The notes: generated by a model not told the origin, from the sequence alone. A stretch of 64,000 nt of DNA from Longimicrobiales bacterium (GCA_963422615.1 OY730414.1:1534302-1598301), one strand, 5' to 3'. Counted from the first letter of the stretch, positions 17,908 to 27,322 are shown. Translations and numbers: made by a program.

Positions 17908-19383
17908 GTGTCTCGTATTGAAGTTGCCATGCCCCAGATGGGGGAATCCATTGCCGAGGGCACGGTCTCGAAATGGCTGAAGCAGCTCGGAGATCCGGTC
18001 GAACGAGACGAGCCGATCCTGGAGATCTCCACCGACAAGGTGGACGCGGAGATTCCATCGCCGTCGGCGGGTACCCTTACGGAGATCCTGGTCGCCGAAG
18101 GCGAAACCGTGGAAGTCGGAACCCCCGTCGCCTTTATCGACCCGGGAGCCGGGGCTTCCCAATCTGCTTCTCCAGTACCTGAAACCCAAACGGCAAGCCC
18201 CTCCCGCGAAGCCTTGGAACCGGAAGCTGTACCGCCGAAGTCGGGCGGGCACCCAGCCCCCGCTCCGGCGTCTCCGAACCGAGGCGGCGAGGATCCGGAA
18301 GCCCTGGAGGCGGCTCGCCCCGCGACCAGTGAGGAGCGCCTGCGAACCCGATCGACGCCGGTGGTCAGGCGGATTGCCGAAGAGGCGGGTGTCGACATCT
18401 CTCGGGTTCCCGGGACCGGCCACCTGGGACGGGTCACGAAGGGCGACATCCTTGCGTACATCGAAAGCCGAAGGGCCGCCTCCGCCCCAACCGGGGCTCC
18501 CGATCCAACGTCAGCGCCGGATCCGATTGCGGTCCCCGGTTCAACCTCGGTTGCCGAGTCCCCGCCACCGGCTCCCTTCGAGCCCCCTGTCGGGGAGGCC
18601 GGGGTCCCGGCCGTGGCAGAGGCTAATTTCTGGGAGCGCTTTCTGGTCGAGGTCCGGCATCCCGTCTTTCCGGTCCGGAAAGGGGACCGGGTCGAACGGA
18701 TGGACAAGGTGCGCCGCCTGACCGCGGAACACATGGTGCTGGCGAAGCGAATCTCCACCCACGTCCACTCGGTTATCGAGATCGACTTTTCCGCGGTAGA
18801 CCGAATTCGGCGAGCGAGTCGGTCCCGGTGGGTGGAACAGGGCGCCCGGGTTTCCTACACGGCGTTCGTCGCCTGGGCCTGCTCCCGCATCCTTCGGGAC
18901 TTTCCCGGGATCAATGGCACGATTTCCGGGGACAACGTCATCTACCGGGGTGCGGTCAACATCGGAATGGCGGTGGATCTGAACCCGGGATTGATCGTCC
19001 CGGTCATCCACGATGCCGACCACCTGAGCTTGGTGGGAATCGGGAGGAAGATCATCGACCTGGCCACCCGGGCGAAGTCCCGAGCGCTGTCTCCCCGGGA
19101 AATCCAGGGTGCCACCTTCACCATCACCAACCCGGGCGTCCTGGGGACCATTGTGGGAATGCCCATCATTCCCAAGGGGACATCGGCGATTCTGGGCACG
19201 GGATCCATCGAGAAACGGGTGGTCGTGGTGGCCGACTCGGAGACCGGCGACGACCTCATGGCGATTCGGAAGCGCTCCTACTTTTCCCTGGGCTATGACC
19301 ACCGGCTCGTGGACGGAGCCGATTCGGCCCGCTTCTTGTCCCGTCTGAAGGAGCTTCTGGAGGACTTTCCCGGGAAGGCCTGA
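17908..19383 (+). CDS. Dihydrolipoamide acyltransferase E2
   Basis: Lipoyl domain 'MPQMGESIAEG...STDKVDAE', E3-binding 'TPVVRRIA...GTGHLGRVTKGD', catalytic 'YDHRLVDG'. Confidence 0.95.
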   Translation: MSRIEVAMPQMGESIAEGTVSKWLKQLGDPVERDEPILEISTDKVDAEIPSPSAGTLTEILVAEGETVEVGTPVAFIDPGAGASQSASPVPETQTASPSREALEPEAVPPKSGGHPAPAPASPNRGGEDPEALEAARPATSEERLRTRSTPVVRRIAEEAGVDISRVPGTGHLGRVTKGDILAYIESRRAASAPTGAPDPTSAPDPIAVPGSTSVAESPPPAPFEPPVGEAGVPAVAEANFWERFLVEVRHPVFPVRKGDRVERMDKVRRLTAEHMVLAKRISTHVHSVIEIDFSAVDRIRRASRSRWVEQGARVSYTAFVAWACSRILRDFPGINGTISGDNVIYRGAVNIGMAVDLNPGLIVPVIHDADHLSLVGIGRKIIDLATRAKSRALSPREIQGATFTITNPGVLGTIVGMPIIPKGTSAILGTGSIEKRVVVVADSETGDDLMAIRKRSYFSLGYDHRLVDGADSARFLSRLKELLEDFPGKA

Positions 19384-19393
19384 AAGGGGAGAG

Positions 19394-20095
19394 ATGTTGG
19401 CGGGGCGCCCTTCCTGGACGGACCGGACCCTGGCCGTGCGGTATCCGGGACTCACCGGCTACGAACAAGGGCTGGCTCTCCAATCCCGGCTGGTGAAACG
19501 GCGGCGACAAGGGCGAATTCCCGATACCCTTCTTTTGCTGGAACATCCCCACGTCATCACCCTGGGTTCGTCGGGTCGCAGGGAGCACATCCTCCTTTCT
19601 CCCGAAGAACTGGCGGCCCGAAACGTTGGTCTCCACAAGGCGGGCCGGGGTGGGGACGTGACCTATCACGGTCCGGGGCAGCTCGTCGGCTACCCCGTTT
19701 TCGACCTGAAGCCGGACCGCAAGGACCTTCACGCCTACCTGCGGAGCCTTGAACGGGTACTCGTCCGGGCCTTGGGCGCCCTGGGCCTCGAGGCTCGGCG
19801 GGGGCGGGCCCGGACCGGCGTCTGGGTGGGGGAATCCAAGGTAGCAGCGATCGGGGTCCGCGTGTCTTCGGGTTGGATATCGTCCCACGGCTTCGCCCTG
19901 AACGCGAATACCGACCTCGCGTACTTCGACGCCATCGTGCCCTGCGGCATCCGGAATGACCCGGTGACGAGCCTCAGCAGACTCCTCAAGCGGAAGGTGA
20001 CTCCCGAAGAGGTGGCGCCCGCCGTCGTCGCAGCCATGGGGGAGCACTTCGGTTACGGGGCCGTGAACGACTCCGGCAGAGGGAACTCCGCGTAG
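19394..20095 (+). CDS. lipB: Lipoyl(octanoyl) transferase
   Basis: 'LEHPHVITLG', 'RGGDVTYHGPGQLVGYP', 'KVAAIG', 'HGFALN', 'IVPCG'. Confidence 0.96.
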   Translation: MLAGRPSWTDRTLAVRYPGLTGYEQGLALQSRLVKRRRQGRIPDTLLLLEHPHVITLGSSGRREHILLSPEELAARNVGLHKAGRGGDVTYHGPGQLVGYPVFDLKPDRKDLHAYLRSLERVLVRALGALGLEARRGRARTGVWVGESKVAAIGVRVSSGWISSHGFALNANTDLAYFDAIVPCGIRNDPVTSLSRLLKRKVTPEEVAPAVVAAMGEHFGYGAVNDSGRGNSA

Positions 20096-20640
20096 TCCAG
20101 GTAGCGTTTCTTCTCTTTCCGCTCCCGGTTCAGCCATTCCACAAAGCCCGAGGGAACGGCTCCCGACGAAGACGACTGCTCTTGAGCGGCCCGGACCGCG
20201 AGGCCGTCCACGTATTCGTTCTTCGGGTGGCCCGAGTGTCCCCGGATCCACTCCCAGGCGATATCGTGCGCAGCCGCAAGACGATCCAGCCGCTGCCAAA
20301 GTTCCAGGTTCTGAACCGGTCCGCCCTTCCGCTTCCACTTCCGGCGCTTCCACGCGGACATCCACTCCGTGGCCCCCTTAACCAGGTACTGGGAATCGGA
20401 CACGAACCGGATCTTGCTGGGTGCCTTCAGGGCTTCCAGGGGAAGAATGGCGCTGGTGATCGCCATTCGGTTGTTGGTGGTAGAGGGCCGGGAGGTCCAG
20501 ATGTCCCGGCGCACCCAGCTCCCGGAACGGCAGAACTCCAGCAACGCCGCCGCGCCTCCGGGTCGGGACCGGCTCGAAAACTGGTTGCCCAGACACGACT
20601 CGTCGGCATGAATGCAGATTTCCAAGGATTCCATCCCCAT
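20053..20640 (-). CDS. rnhA: Ribonuclease HI (atypical active site)
   Basis: 'HADESCLGN', 'TTNNRMAI', 'SDSQYLVKG..EWM..WK', 'VQNLELWQRLD', 'WIRGHSGHPKNEYVD'. Confidence 0.9.
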   Translation of the reverse strand: MGMESLEICIHADESCLGNQFSSRSRPGGAAALLEFCRSGSWVRRDIWTSRPSTTNNRMAITSAILPLEALKAPSKIRFVSDSQYLVKGATEWMSAWKRRKWKRKGGPVQNLELWQRLDRLAAAHDIAWEWIRGHSGHPKNEYVDGLAVRAAQEQSSSSGAVPSGFVEWLNRERKEKKRYLDYAEFPLPESFTAP

Positions 20641-20834
20641 ACGCGTCACCCCTAATATGGAAGTGCCGGGAACCACGAGAAGCGACGGAGCCAGGAGCCT
20701 GCGCGGCTCCCGTCCCGCCCGAGATCGGGTCGCCATGGCACCGCCGGACAGCGACGCCAATTCCCAGTCCCAGAAGCCCGTTCGGTTGTCGAACCAACCG
20801 TCGGCGGTCTCGCAAGAAAAGATACGTGGTTGCT

Positions 20835-20862
20835 TTGACGCCGGAAGGGTCTGGCGTAGATT
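20835..20862 (+). promoter_or_regulatory. Putative sigma70 promoter for the carA-hup-moa cluster
   Basis: TTGACG, 16 bp, TAGATT. Confidence 0.5.
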
Positions 20863-20904
20863 CCCGGGTGCCCGGTTCGCCTTCCACCCGCAGAGGTGCC
20901 ATTG

Positions 20905-22044
20905 ATGTCCGCGTGTCTTCTCCTGGAGGATGGCCGCCGCTTTGACGGCGCTTCCCTCGGTGCGGAAGGGGTAACGGTGGGCGAAGTTATCTTCAACACC
21001 TCCATGACCGGATATCAGGAAGTGCTAACCGACCCGTCCTACGCGGGCCAGCTGGTGGCCATGACCTATCCACTGGTCGGCAACTACGGAATCAACGAGG
21101 AGGACGGGGAGTCCGCCCGACCCTGGGTTTCGGGATTCATCGTGAGGGAAGCCGCGAGCGCGCCCAGCTCTTGGCGGAGCCGGGCGACCCTGGAAGACTA
21201 CCTGGTCCGCCACGGGGTGGTGGGGATTCGGGATGTGGACACCCGGGCCCTCACCCGCCATATCCGAAGCCAGGGAGCCATGCGGGGGGGGATCGCCTCC
21301 GGAGACACACCCGAAGACGACCTCTTGGATCGGATCCGATCCCACCCCAAGATGGAGGGGCTGGGGCTCGCGTTGGGCGTTTCGGTGGCGGAGGCGTACG
21401 TTCTTCCCGCCGCCAAAAGGGAGGCGTACCACGTTGCCGCCTTCGATTTCGGGGTCAAGGCCAGTTCGCTCAGTATGCTCTCCGAAAGGGGCTGTCGAGT
21501 GACGGTCCTGCCCGGGGAAACGGAGGCGAGGGAGCTCATTGATCTGGAGCCCGATGGGCTGTTCGTTTCCAACGGTCCGGGGGATCCGAAAGGAGTGGAT
21601 CGGGCCGGGAAATCGATCCGCGAAGGAGCCACCCGGGGCATCCCGGTCTTCGGGATCTGCTTGGGACACCAGCTGATCGCAAGGGCCTTCGGGGCCGAGA
21701 CCTTCAAGCTTCCCTTCGGCCATCACGGCGGGAACCATCCGGTTCTGAATCGCGATCGGGGGACCGTCGAAATCACGGCCCAGAACCACGGTTTCGCGGT
21801 GCGAGGCGGGGAATGGGACGAGGTTCCCGGCGCCCCGGCGCTTAGGGTAACCCACCAAAACCTTTACGATGGGACGGTGGCGGGGATCGTCCACAAGACG
21901 CTTCCCGTCAAATCGGTTCAATACCATCCCGAAGCGGGACCCGGACCCCGCGACAGCCACTATCTATTCGACGATTTCGTGTCCCTCATGGCTGCCGCGC
22001 GGCGACGACGGAGCGTAGCGAATCCACCCAAGGAGAAGGCATGA
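20905..22044 (+). CDS. carA: Carbamoyl-phosphate synthase small subunit
   Basis: 'GEVIFNTSMTGYQEVLTDPSY', 'SNGPGDP', 'GICLGHQ', 'QNHGF', 'QYHPE'. Confidence 0.97.
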   Translation: MSACLLLEDGRRFDGASLGAEGVTVGEVIFNTSMTGYQEVLTDPSYAGQLVAMTYPLVGNYGINEEDGESARPWVSGFIVREAASAPSSWRSRATLEDYLVRHGVVGIRDVDTRALTRHIRSQGAMRGGIASGDTPEDDLLDRIRSHPKMEGLGLALGVSVAEAYVLPAAKREAYHVAAFDFGVKASSLSMLSERGCRVTVLPGETEARELIDLEPDGLFVSNGPGDPKGVDRAGKSIREGATRGIPVFGICLGHQLIARAFGAETFKLPFGHHGGNHPVLNRDRGTVEITAQNHGFAVRGGEWDEVPGAPALRVTHQNLYDGTVAGIVHKTLPVKSVQYHPEAGPGPRDSHYLFDDFVSLMAAARRRRSVANPPKEKA

Positions 22045-22418
22045 CCAAAGCCGACCTTGTTGAGCAGGTCGCGAAAGCCATCGGGCCCGGAGTCACGAAG
22101 AAGGACTGCGCCATGGTGGTCAACGGCTTTCTCAATGCCGTGAAACATGCCCTGGCCCAAGGAGACACCATCGAGATTCGGGGCTTCGGCTCCTTCAAGG
22201 TGCGTCGGCGGCAGGCGCGCATAGCCCGCAATCCCAAGACCGGGGAGCCTGTTGAGGTGCCGGCTCGCATGATTCCCCTGTTCAAGCCGTCGAAACTCCT
22301 TCGGGAGCAGGTTGCCCGCCTGGATGCGTCGGCAAAGGATTCCCAGTCATCCACGTATTCGGATGCCGGCTTGATCTCGTTTTCGGTGCCCGATTCCGCG
22401 GGCCGAACGGTCCGGTAG
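22041..22418 (+). CDS. HU/IHF family DNA-binding protein
   Basis: 'MTKADL', 'IRGFGSF', 'ARNPKTGE', 'FKPS'. Confidence 0.93.
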   Translation: MTKADLVEQVAKAIGPGVTKKDCAMVVNGFLNAVKHALAQGDTIEIRGFGSFKVRRRQARIARNPKTGEPVEVPARMIPLFKPSKLLREQVARLDASAKDSQSSTYSDAGLISFSVPDSAGRTVR

Positions 22419-22425
22419 GCGACCC

Positions 22426-22671
22426 GTGGACGTCACGGTTCTTCTCTTCGCGGGGCACCGGGAGCTGGCCGGTACACCGTCCATCGTCGTCTCCCTGCCG
22501 CAACGGGCCACCGTTGATATGCTCCTTTCTGCGCTGCGGGGTCGCGGTGAAGGCTGGGCGGCGCTGCCCCGGAGCGTATCGGTGGCGGTGAACCGGGAGT
22601 ACGCCGACGGCGATACCGTACTCGTCGAAGGCGATGAGGTTGCGCTGATCCCTCCGGTGGCAGGCGGCTGA
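22426..22671 (+). CDS. moaD: Molybdopterin synthase sulfur carrier subunit
   Basis: 'LFA..RELAG', 'VAVN.EY', C-terminal 'GDEVALIPPVAGG'. Confidence 0.95.
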   Translation: MDVTVLLFAGHRELAGTPSIVVSLPQRATVDMLLSALRGRGEGWAALPRSVSVAVNREYADGDTVLVEGDEVALIPPVAGG

Positions 22672-22673
22672 AG

Positions 22674-23120
22674 ATGACGTGGACCGACGTGACGTACGTT
22701 CCCATCCAACCGGCCGCCGTGCTGGAGCGGGTAGGCGCCTCCGAAGACGGTGCGGTGGCCTTTTTCATGGGCATCGTGCGGAACGCCAACGAGGGACGCC
22801 CGGTGTCGGGTCTGGAGTACGACGGCTACCGGCGGATGGCCAAGGCACAGCTTTCCGCCATTGTTGCCGAAGCCGCCGAACGGGCGGAAAGCGACCGGGT
22901 GGCCGCCGTTCATCGCTTGGGCCCGTTGGGGATCGGAGAGGTCAGCGTGGCCATCGCCGTGTCCGCCCCCCACAGGGCGCAAGCCTTTGAAGCGGCCCGT
23001 TTCGTGATCGAAGAGATCAAGAAGCGGCTCCCGGTGTGGAAACGGGAGCACTACCTGGACGGGGAGACGGCGTGGCTGGACGGTCACGTTCCTGCAACCG
23101 AGCGCGGAGGTGTCCGGTGA
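22674..23120 (+). CDS. moaE: Molybdopterin synthase catalytic subunit
   Basis: 'F.G.VRN', 'LEY', 'HRLG.L.IGE', 'SAPHR', 'PVWKRE'. Confidence 0.95.
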   Translation: MTWTDVTYVPIQPAAVLERVGASEDGAVAFFMGIVRNANEGRPVSGLEYDGYRRMAKAQLSAIVAEAAERAESDRVAAVHRLGPLGIGEVSVAIAVSAPHRAQAFEAARFVIEEIKKRLPVWKREHYLDGETAWLDGHVPATERGGVR

Positions 23121-24142
23121 GGCAAGAGATTCCTTCTGCGACGCATGCCGTCCCCGGGGCCATGGTGGACGGATTCGGAAGGCGGGTGGAGTACCTGCGC
23201 ATTTCCGTGACGGACAAGTGCAACCTCCGGTGCGTGTATTGCATGCCCGAAGAAGGCCTCCCGTGGCTCCGCCGGGATGAAATCCTCAGCTACGAGGAGA
23301 TTGCAGAAATCGTGAGGGTCATGGCCGGGATGGGCCTGCGGCGACTTCGTCTGACCGGCGGCGAGCCCCTGGTGCGAAAGGACCTCCCCCGCCTGGTTGC
23401 CCTTCTTGCCTCCATCGGCGGAATCGAAGACATCGCCCTTTCCACAAATGCCGTGCTCCTTGCGCCCATGGCCCGAAGGCTTCGCGACGCCGGGGTCAAG
23501 CGGGTCAACATCTCCCTGGACTCCCTGGATCCCCGTCGAGCCGACACCATCGCCCGTCGTCCCGGAACCCTTCCCAAGATCATGGCGGGGGTGGAAGCGG
23601 CCTACGCAGCGGGCTTCGACCCCATCAAGATCAACGTGGTGCTCATGCGCGGCCAGAATGACGACGAAATCCCGGCTTTTGCCGAGCTTTCCCGGCACCG
23701 TCCCTTCCACGTGCGCTTCATCGAGGTCATGCCTACGGAGTCGAACCTGGACCTGAGTGCGTCGAACTTCCTTTCGTGTGACGAAGCCCTGGACGCCCTG
23801 AGGGCTGTGGACGCCCTGGAACCGGTCCCCGGACCTCCCGGGAACGGCCCGGCAACATATTACAGCTTCCCGGGGGCACAGGGGACCATCGGGGTCATCA
23901 CGCCCATGAGTCACAACTTCTGCAGCCGCTGCAACCGAATGCGGCTGACGGCCGACGGACAACTGCGGCCGTGTCTCTTCGGCACGATGCAGACCCCGTT
24001 GAGAGGGCCCCTGCGGCGGGGAGAGGATCTGATCCCCTACGTTGCGGAAACCCTGAGGATCAAGCCGGAGAAGCACTTTCTGGTTCAGGGCTCTTCGGTC
24101 GGATCAGGAGGCCTGATCGCGTTGTCCCAGACGGGCGGCTGA
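23117..24142 (+). CDS. moaA: GTP 3',8-cyclase (radical SAM)
   Basis: 'YLRISVTDKCNLRCVYCMP', 'RLTGGEP', 'CSRCNRMRLTADG.LRPCL', C-terminal GG. Confidence 0.96.
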   Translation: MRQEIPSATHAVPGAMVDGFGRRVEYLRISVTDKCNLRCVYCMPEEGLPWLRRDEILSYEEIAEIVRVMAGMGLRRLRLTGGEPLVRKDLPRLVALLASIGGIEDIALSTNAVLLAPMARRLRDAGVKRVNISLDSLDPRRADTIARRPGTLPKIMAGVEAAYAAGFDPIKINVVLMRGQNDDEIPAFAELSRHRPFHVRFIEVMPTESNLDLSASNFLSCDEALDALRAVDALEPVPGPPGNGPATYYSFPGAQGTIGVITPMSHNFCSRCNRMRLTADGQLRPCLFGTMQTPLRGPLRRGEDLIPYVAETLRIKPEKHFLVQGSSVGSGGLIALSQTGG

Positions 24143-24176
24143 CCGGAACGATCGAAACCTCAAGGAGAAATCTCTC

Positions 24177-25106
24177 ATGGCGGTCAGGAAGATCACGATC
24201 GTAGGTGCGGGTCACGTAGGGGAGGTGTGCGCGCAGCGGGTCGCCGAGAAGGAATTGTGCCAGGAAGTCGTTCTCGTGGACATCGTGGAAGGAATCCCCC
24301 AAGGGAAGGGCCTGGATCAGTGGGAGAGCGCTCCCTTGGAGGGATTCGACACGCGGGTGACGGGATCGAACGACTACGGCCCTGCCGAAGGATCGGACCT
24401 CTTCGTCGTGACCGCGGGGATCGCCCGCAAGCCGGGCATGAGCCGTGACGACCTCTTGCGCACCAACGCCGCCATCGTGCGCTCCGTGAGCGCGGAGATC
24501 GCGCGGGTCGCGGCACCCGGCGCCGTGGTCATCGTCGTATCCAATCCCCTGGACGTCATGTGCTGGGTGGCGAAGGAGGCGACCGGCTTCCCCCGGGAGC
24601 GGGTGATCGGAATGGCCGGCGTGCTGGATACGGCCCGCTTCCGAGCCTTCATCGCCATGGAACTGGACGTGAGCGTTGAAGACATCCAGGCCCTTGTTCT
24701 GGGCGGACACGGAGACACGATGGTCCCCCTGGTGTCCTGTGCTTCCGTCAGCGGCATCCCCCTCTCCCGGCTCATTCCGCCCGATCGGCTGGACGCCTTG
24801 ATCAAGCGTACCCGGAACGGAGGGGCCGAGATCGTGGCCCACCTCAAGACCGGGAGTGCCTACTATGCCCCATCGGCGGCTGCGGTCCAGATGGTGGAGT
24901 CCATTGTGAGAAACAAACGGCGGATCCTACCTGCTGCGGCGTACCTGGAAGGGGAATACGGCCAGGAGGGCATCTATCTGGGTGTCCCCTGCAAGCTGGG
25001 AGACGGTGGGATTCTGGAGATCCTGGAGGTTGAGCTGACCGAAAGAGAGGGGGCGTCCCTGGTCCGGAGTGCCGACCACGTTCGGGCTACGATGGCGCGG
25101 CTGTGA
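24177..25106 (+). CDS. mdh: Malate dehydrogenase (LDH-like)
   Basis: 'GAGHVG', 'TAGIARKPGMSRDDL', 'NPLD', 'LDTARF', 'GGHGDTMVP', 'GSAYYAP'. Confidence 0.96.
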   Translation: MAVRKITIVGAGHVGEVCAQRVAEKELCQEVVLVDIVEGIPQGKGLDQWESAPLEGFDTRVTGSNDYGPAEGSDLFVVTAGIARKPGMSRDDLLRTNAAIVRSVSAEIARVAAPGAVVIVVSNPLDVMCWVAKEATGFPRERVIGMAGVLDTARFRAFIAMELDVSVEDIQALVLGGHGDTMVPLVSCASVSGIPLSRLIPPDRLDALIKRTRNGGAEIVAHLKTGSAYYAPSAAAVQMVESIVRNKRRILPAAAYLEGEYGQEGIYLGVPCKLGDGGILEILEVELTEREGASLVRSADHVRATMARL

Positions 25107-25334
25107 GCGAACGGGCCGCCGACCTGGACACCGACGCCCCGCCTCTTGACGGCCCACGGAACCGTTCGGGGTCCCCCTGGCCGGCCTGACGAGCGAACAC
25201 GATAAGGCGGTGATGTTCTTGGGTTTTGCCTCGATCGGCCTTGCCCCGGAGCGGGGTTGCCGTCCCGCTGCGCTCCCTCAGTTTTCACCCGCCCGTCCCC
25301 GTTCCACAGTCTCTCTTCCGGGTTGCATGATCTC

Positions 25335-25877
25335 GTGAAACGCTGGCGCCTTGCCCGAAGGACGGCGTACCTCCTGCTCCCGGCCTGCCCGTTTCTTCAA
25401 GGTTGCGGGGACGACGAGGCTCCTACCGTTCCGGAACCCCCGAGGATCGAAGACCTGGTGTTCGCCCCGGAGCTGGACATCGATCTTGAAAAAATGACCC
25501 TCCTCCCTTCGGGCCTATACGTCCGAGACTTGGTGGTGGGGGAGGGCCCCGCGGCCGAGACCCAGGTTGGCGCCCGCTTCAACTACGAGGGCTGGCTTCA
25601 CGACGGAAAGCCGGTGGACAAGGGCGTGTATCCCCCCAACCCGTTCTTTCCAGGGGCGTTTGTCAGCGTGGTGGACGGAGAGCTCTACTACCTGGTCGGG
25701 AGTGGCCAGACCCTTGCCGGATGGGACATCGGCCTGGTGGGAGCGCGTGTGGGGGGCAAGCGACAGCTCGTGATCCCGCCCAAACTGGGCTATGGAGCCA
25801 ACGGGTCTGCAGACGGCAAGGTCCCTCCCTATGGGGTGCTGGTCTACGTGTTCGAAATCCTTGCCGTGGAGCCCTGA
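25335..25877 (+). CDS. FKBP-type peptidyl-prolyl isomerase, probable lipoprotein
   Basis: Lipobox-like 'LQGC', 'SGLYVRDLVVGEG', 'YEGWL.DG', 'GWDIGL', 'GGKRQLVIPPKLGYG'; start uncertain. Confidence 0.85.
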   Translation: MKRWRLARRTAYLLLPACPFLQGCGDDEAPTVPEPPRIEDLVFAPELDIDLEKMTLLPSGLYVRDLVVGEGPAAETQVGARFNYEGWLHDGKPVDKGVYPPNPFFPGAFVSVVDGELYYLVGSGQTLAGWDIGLVGARVGGKRQLVIPPKLGYGANGSADGKVPPYGVLVYVFEILAVEP

Positions 25878-25990
25878 AGCGGGACACTCACCGACGGCGT
25901 CCCCGGGGACCTTCCCGGATGGACGCGCCCGACCATTCCGCAACGTTGGGGCGGGAATATCCGGGGGAGTATGTACACCGCCTTCGTCAG

Positions 25991-26545
25991 CTAGGGCTTG
26001 GGCAGGGTGACGCCGATTTGGCCCTGGTATTTCCCCTTTCGGTCCGCATAGGTCACTTCCGGTGCCTCGTCGCCCTGGAAAAAGATCAGCTGGGCGATCC
26101 CTTCGTCCCCATAGATCCTGGCCGGGAGAGGGGTCGTGTTGGAAATCTCCAGGGTCAGGTACCCCTCCCATGTGGGTTCCAGGGGCGTGACGTTGACGAG
26201 GATTCCGCACCGGGCGTAGGTGCTTTTTCCCACGCACAGTACCAGCACGTCCTCAGGGATACGAAACCGCTCCACTGTCCTGGCCAGCGCGAAGGAGTTG
26301 GGAGGGATGATGCACTCCCCGGCGCTTACGTCTACGAAGGATCGCTCGTCAAAGACTTTCGGGTCCACGACCAGGTGGTGGACGTTCGTGAACACCTTGA
26401 ACTCCCGGGCGACTCGAATGTCGTAGCCGAAGGAAGAGAGCCCGTAGGAGATGTTCCCGTTCCTGACCTGAGCCGCTTCGAAAGGTTCGATCATGCCATG
26501 GTCGTGGGCCATTCGGCGAATCCAGCGGTCGCTCTTTACGGGCAT
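25991..26545 (-). CDS. dcd: dCTP deaminase
   Basis: '[11 protein letters not shown]', 'IPPNSFAL', 'GKSTYARCG', 'TPLEP.WEG..TLEISN', 'KYQGQ'. Confidence 0.96.
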   Translation of the reverse strand: MPVKSDRWIRRMAHDHGMIEPFEAAQVRNGNISYGLSSFGYDIRVAREFKVFTNVHHLVVDPKVFDERSFVDVSAGECIIPPNSFALARTVERFRIPEDVLVLCVGKSTYARCGILVNVTPLEPTWEGYLTLEISNTTPLPARIYGDEGIAQLIFFQGDEAPEVTYADRKGKYQGQIGVTLPKP

Positions 26546-26671
26546 CGGGCCGGGAGGGCAAAAAGGAAGGGATGGGGTGGGACCGGCGGTCCCCCGGGGC
26601 CCGGAGGCCGTCCGGGTGGGAGCGGGCTAGCGGTTGCGGTCTGGCGCCTACGGATGGCCGAAAGAGACGGG

Positions 26672-26700
26672 AGGATAGCCTGGCAAGACGTGGGGCGCAA
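26672..26700 (-). promoter_or_regulatory. Putative sigma70 promoter for dcd
   Basis: Minus strand TTGCGC, 17 bp, TATCCT. Confidence 0.5.
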
Positions 26701-26791
26701 TATCGCGCAGGCGCCGGCCGGTCTAGGTCGGTACAGCGACGTCTGCCGCTTGGGGCGGCCCGGTCGTGGGGTTGGCGGACCCCGGGGCTGC

Positions 26792-26819
26792 TTGACCCTT
26801 TCGGCTCCGCCTGTATCTT
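26792..26819 (+). promoter_or_regulatory. Putative sigma70 promoter for the nuo operon
   Basis: TTGACC, 16 bp, TATCTT. Confidence 0.5.
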
Positions 26820-26842
26820 GCTATACGTGCTTTACGCGGCGT

Positions 26843-26860
26843 TCGTGAAACGTTTCACAA
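26843..26860. promoter_or_regulatory. Rex-type operator
   Basis: TCGTGAA-ACGT-TTCACAA, one mismatch to the Rex consensus TTGTGAA-N4-TTCACAA; located downstream of the promoter and upstream of nuoA. Confidence 0.75.
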
Positions 26861-26961
26861 GCCTTGGAGACTCTCAAGTCACTGGGCTCTGTGCGGCCAC
26901 ACGGGCTTTGCGGACCTTCCATTATGGAGATTCGGTGCGGGCGGGGAACCGATACCACCCA

Positions 26962-27318
26962 ATGACGAGATCCTATATACCGATCCTTATCATTCTGGCC
27001 GTTTCGGTGGTCAACGCAGTCGGGATGGGTGTGGCGTCCCACATCCTCAACCCCCGTCGTCCCACCCCCCAAAAGGCCATGCCCTATGAATCGGGCATGA
27101 TCCCCCTGGGAGACACGAGGGCGAGGTTCTCCATCAAGTTCTACATGGTGGCGATCAGCTTCATTGTTTTCGACCTGGAGACCATCTTCCTGGTGCCTTG
27201 GGCCGTGCGGATGCGGGAATTGGGCTGGGGCCCCTTCGTGGCGGTCTTCTTGTTCGTGATTGTCCTGGCCGTGGGACTCATCTACGAATGGAAAAAAGGG
27301 GGCTTGGAGTGGGACTAG
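26962..27318 (+). CDS. nuoA: NADH-quinone oxidoreductase subunit A
   Basis: 'PYESG', '[14 protein letters not shown]', '[10 protein letters not shown]'. Confidence 0.96.
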   Translation: MTRSYIPILIILAVSVVNAVGMGVASHILNPRRPTPQKAMPYESGMIPLGDTRARFSIKFYMVAISFIVFDLETIFLVPWAVRMRELGWGPFVAVFLFVIVLAVGLIYEWKKGGLEWD

Positions 27319-27322
27319 GAAC

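Noticed and set aside
20053..20095. 43-nt convergent overlap of lipB and rnhA
   Set aside because: Short 3' overlaps are common in compact GC-rich genomes; no sign of function.
25179..25240. CTGACGAG resembling a hammerhead ribozyme core within a stem-loop after mdh
   Set aside because: The required GAAA after stem II is absent (CTCGAT instead) and no consistent stem I/III is present.
26695..26708. Near-palindrome GCGCAATATCGCGC over the dcd -35 as an NrdR box
   Set aside because: Only a partial match, and NrdR boxes normally occur in tandem.
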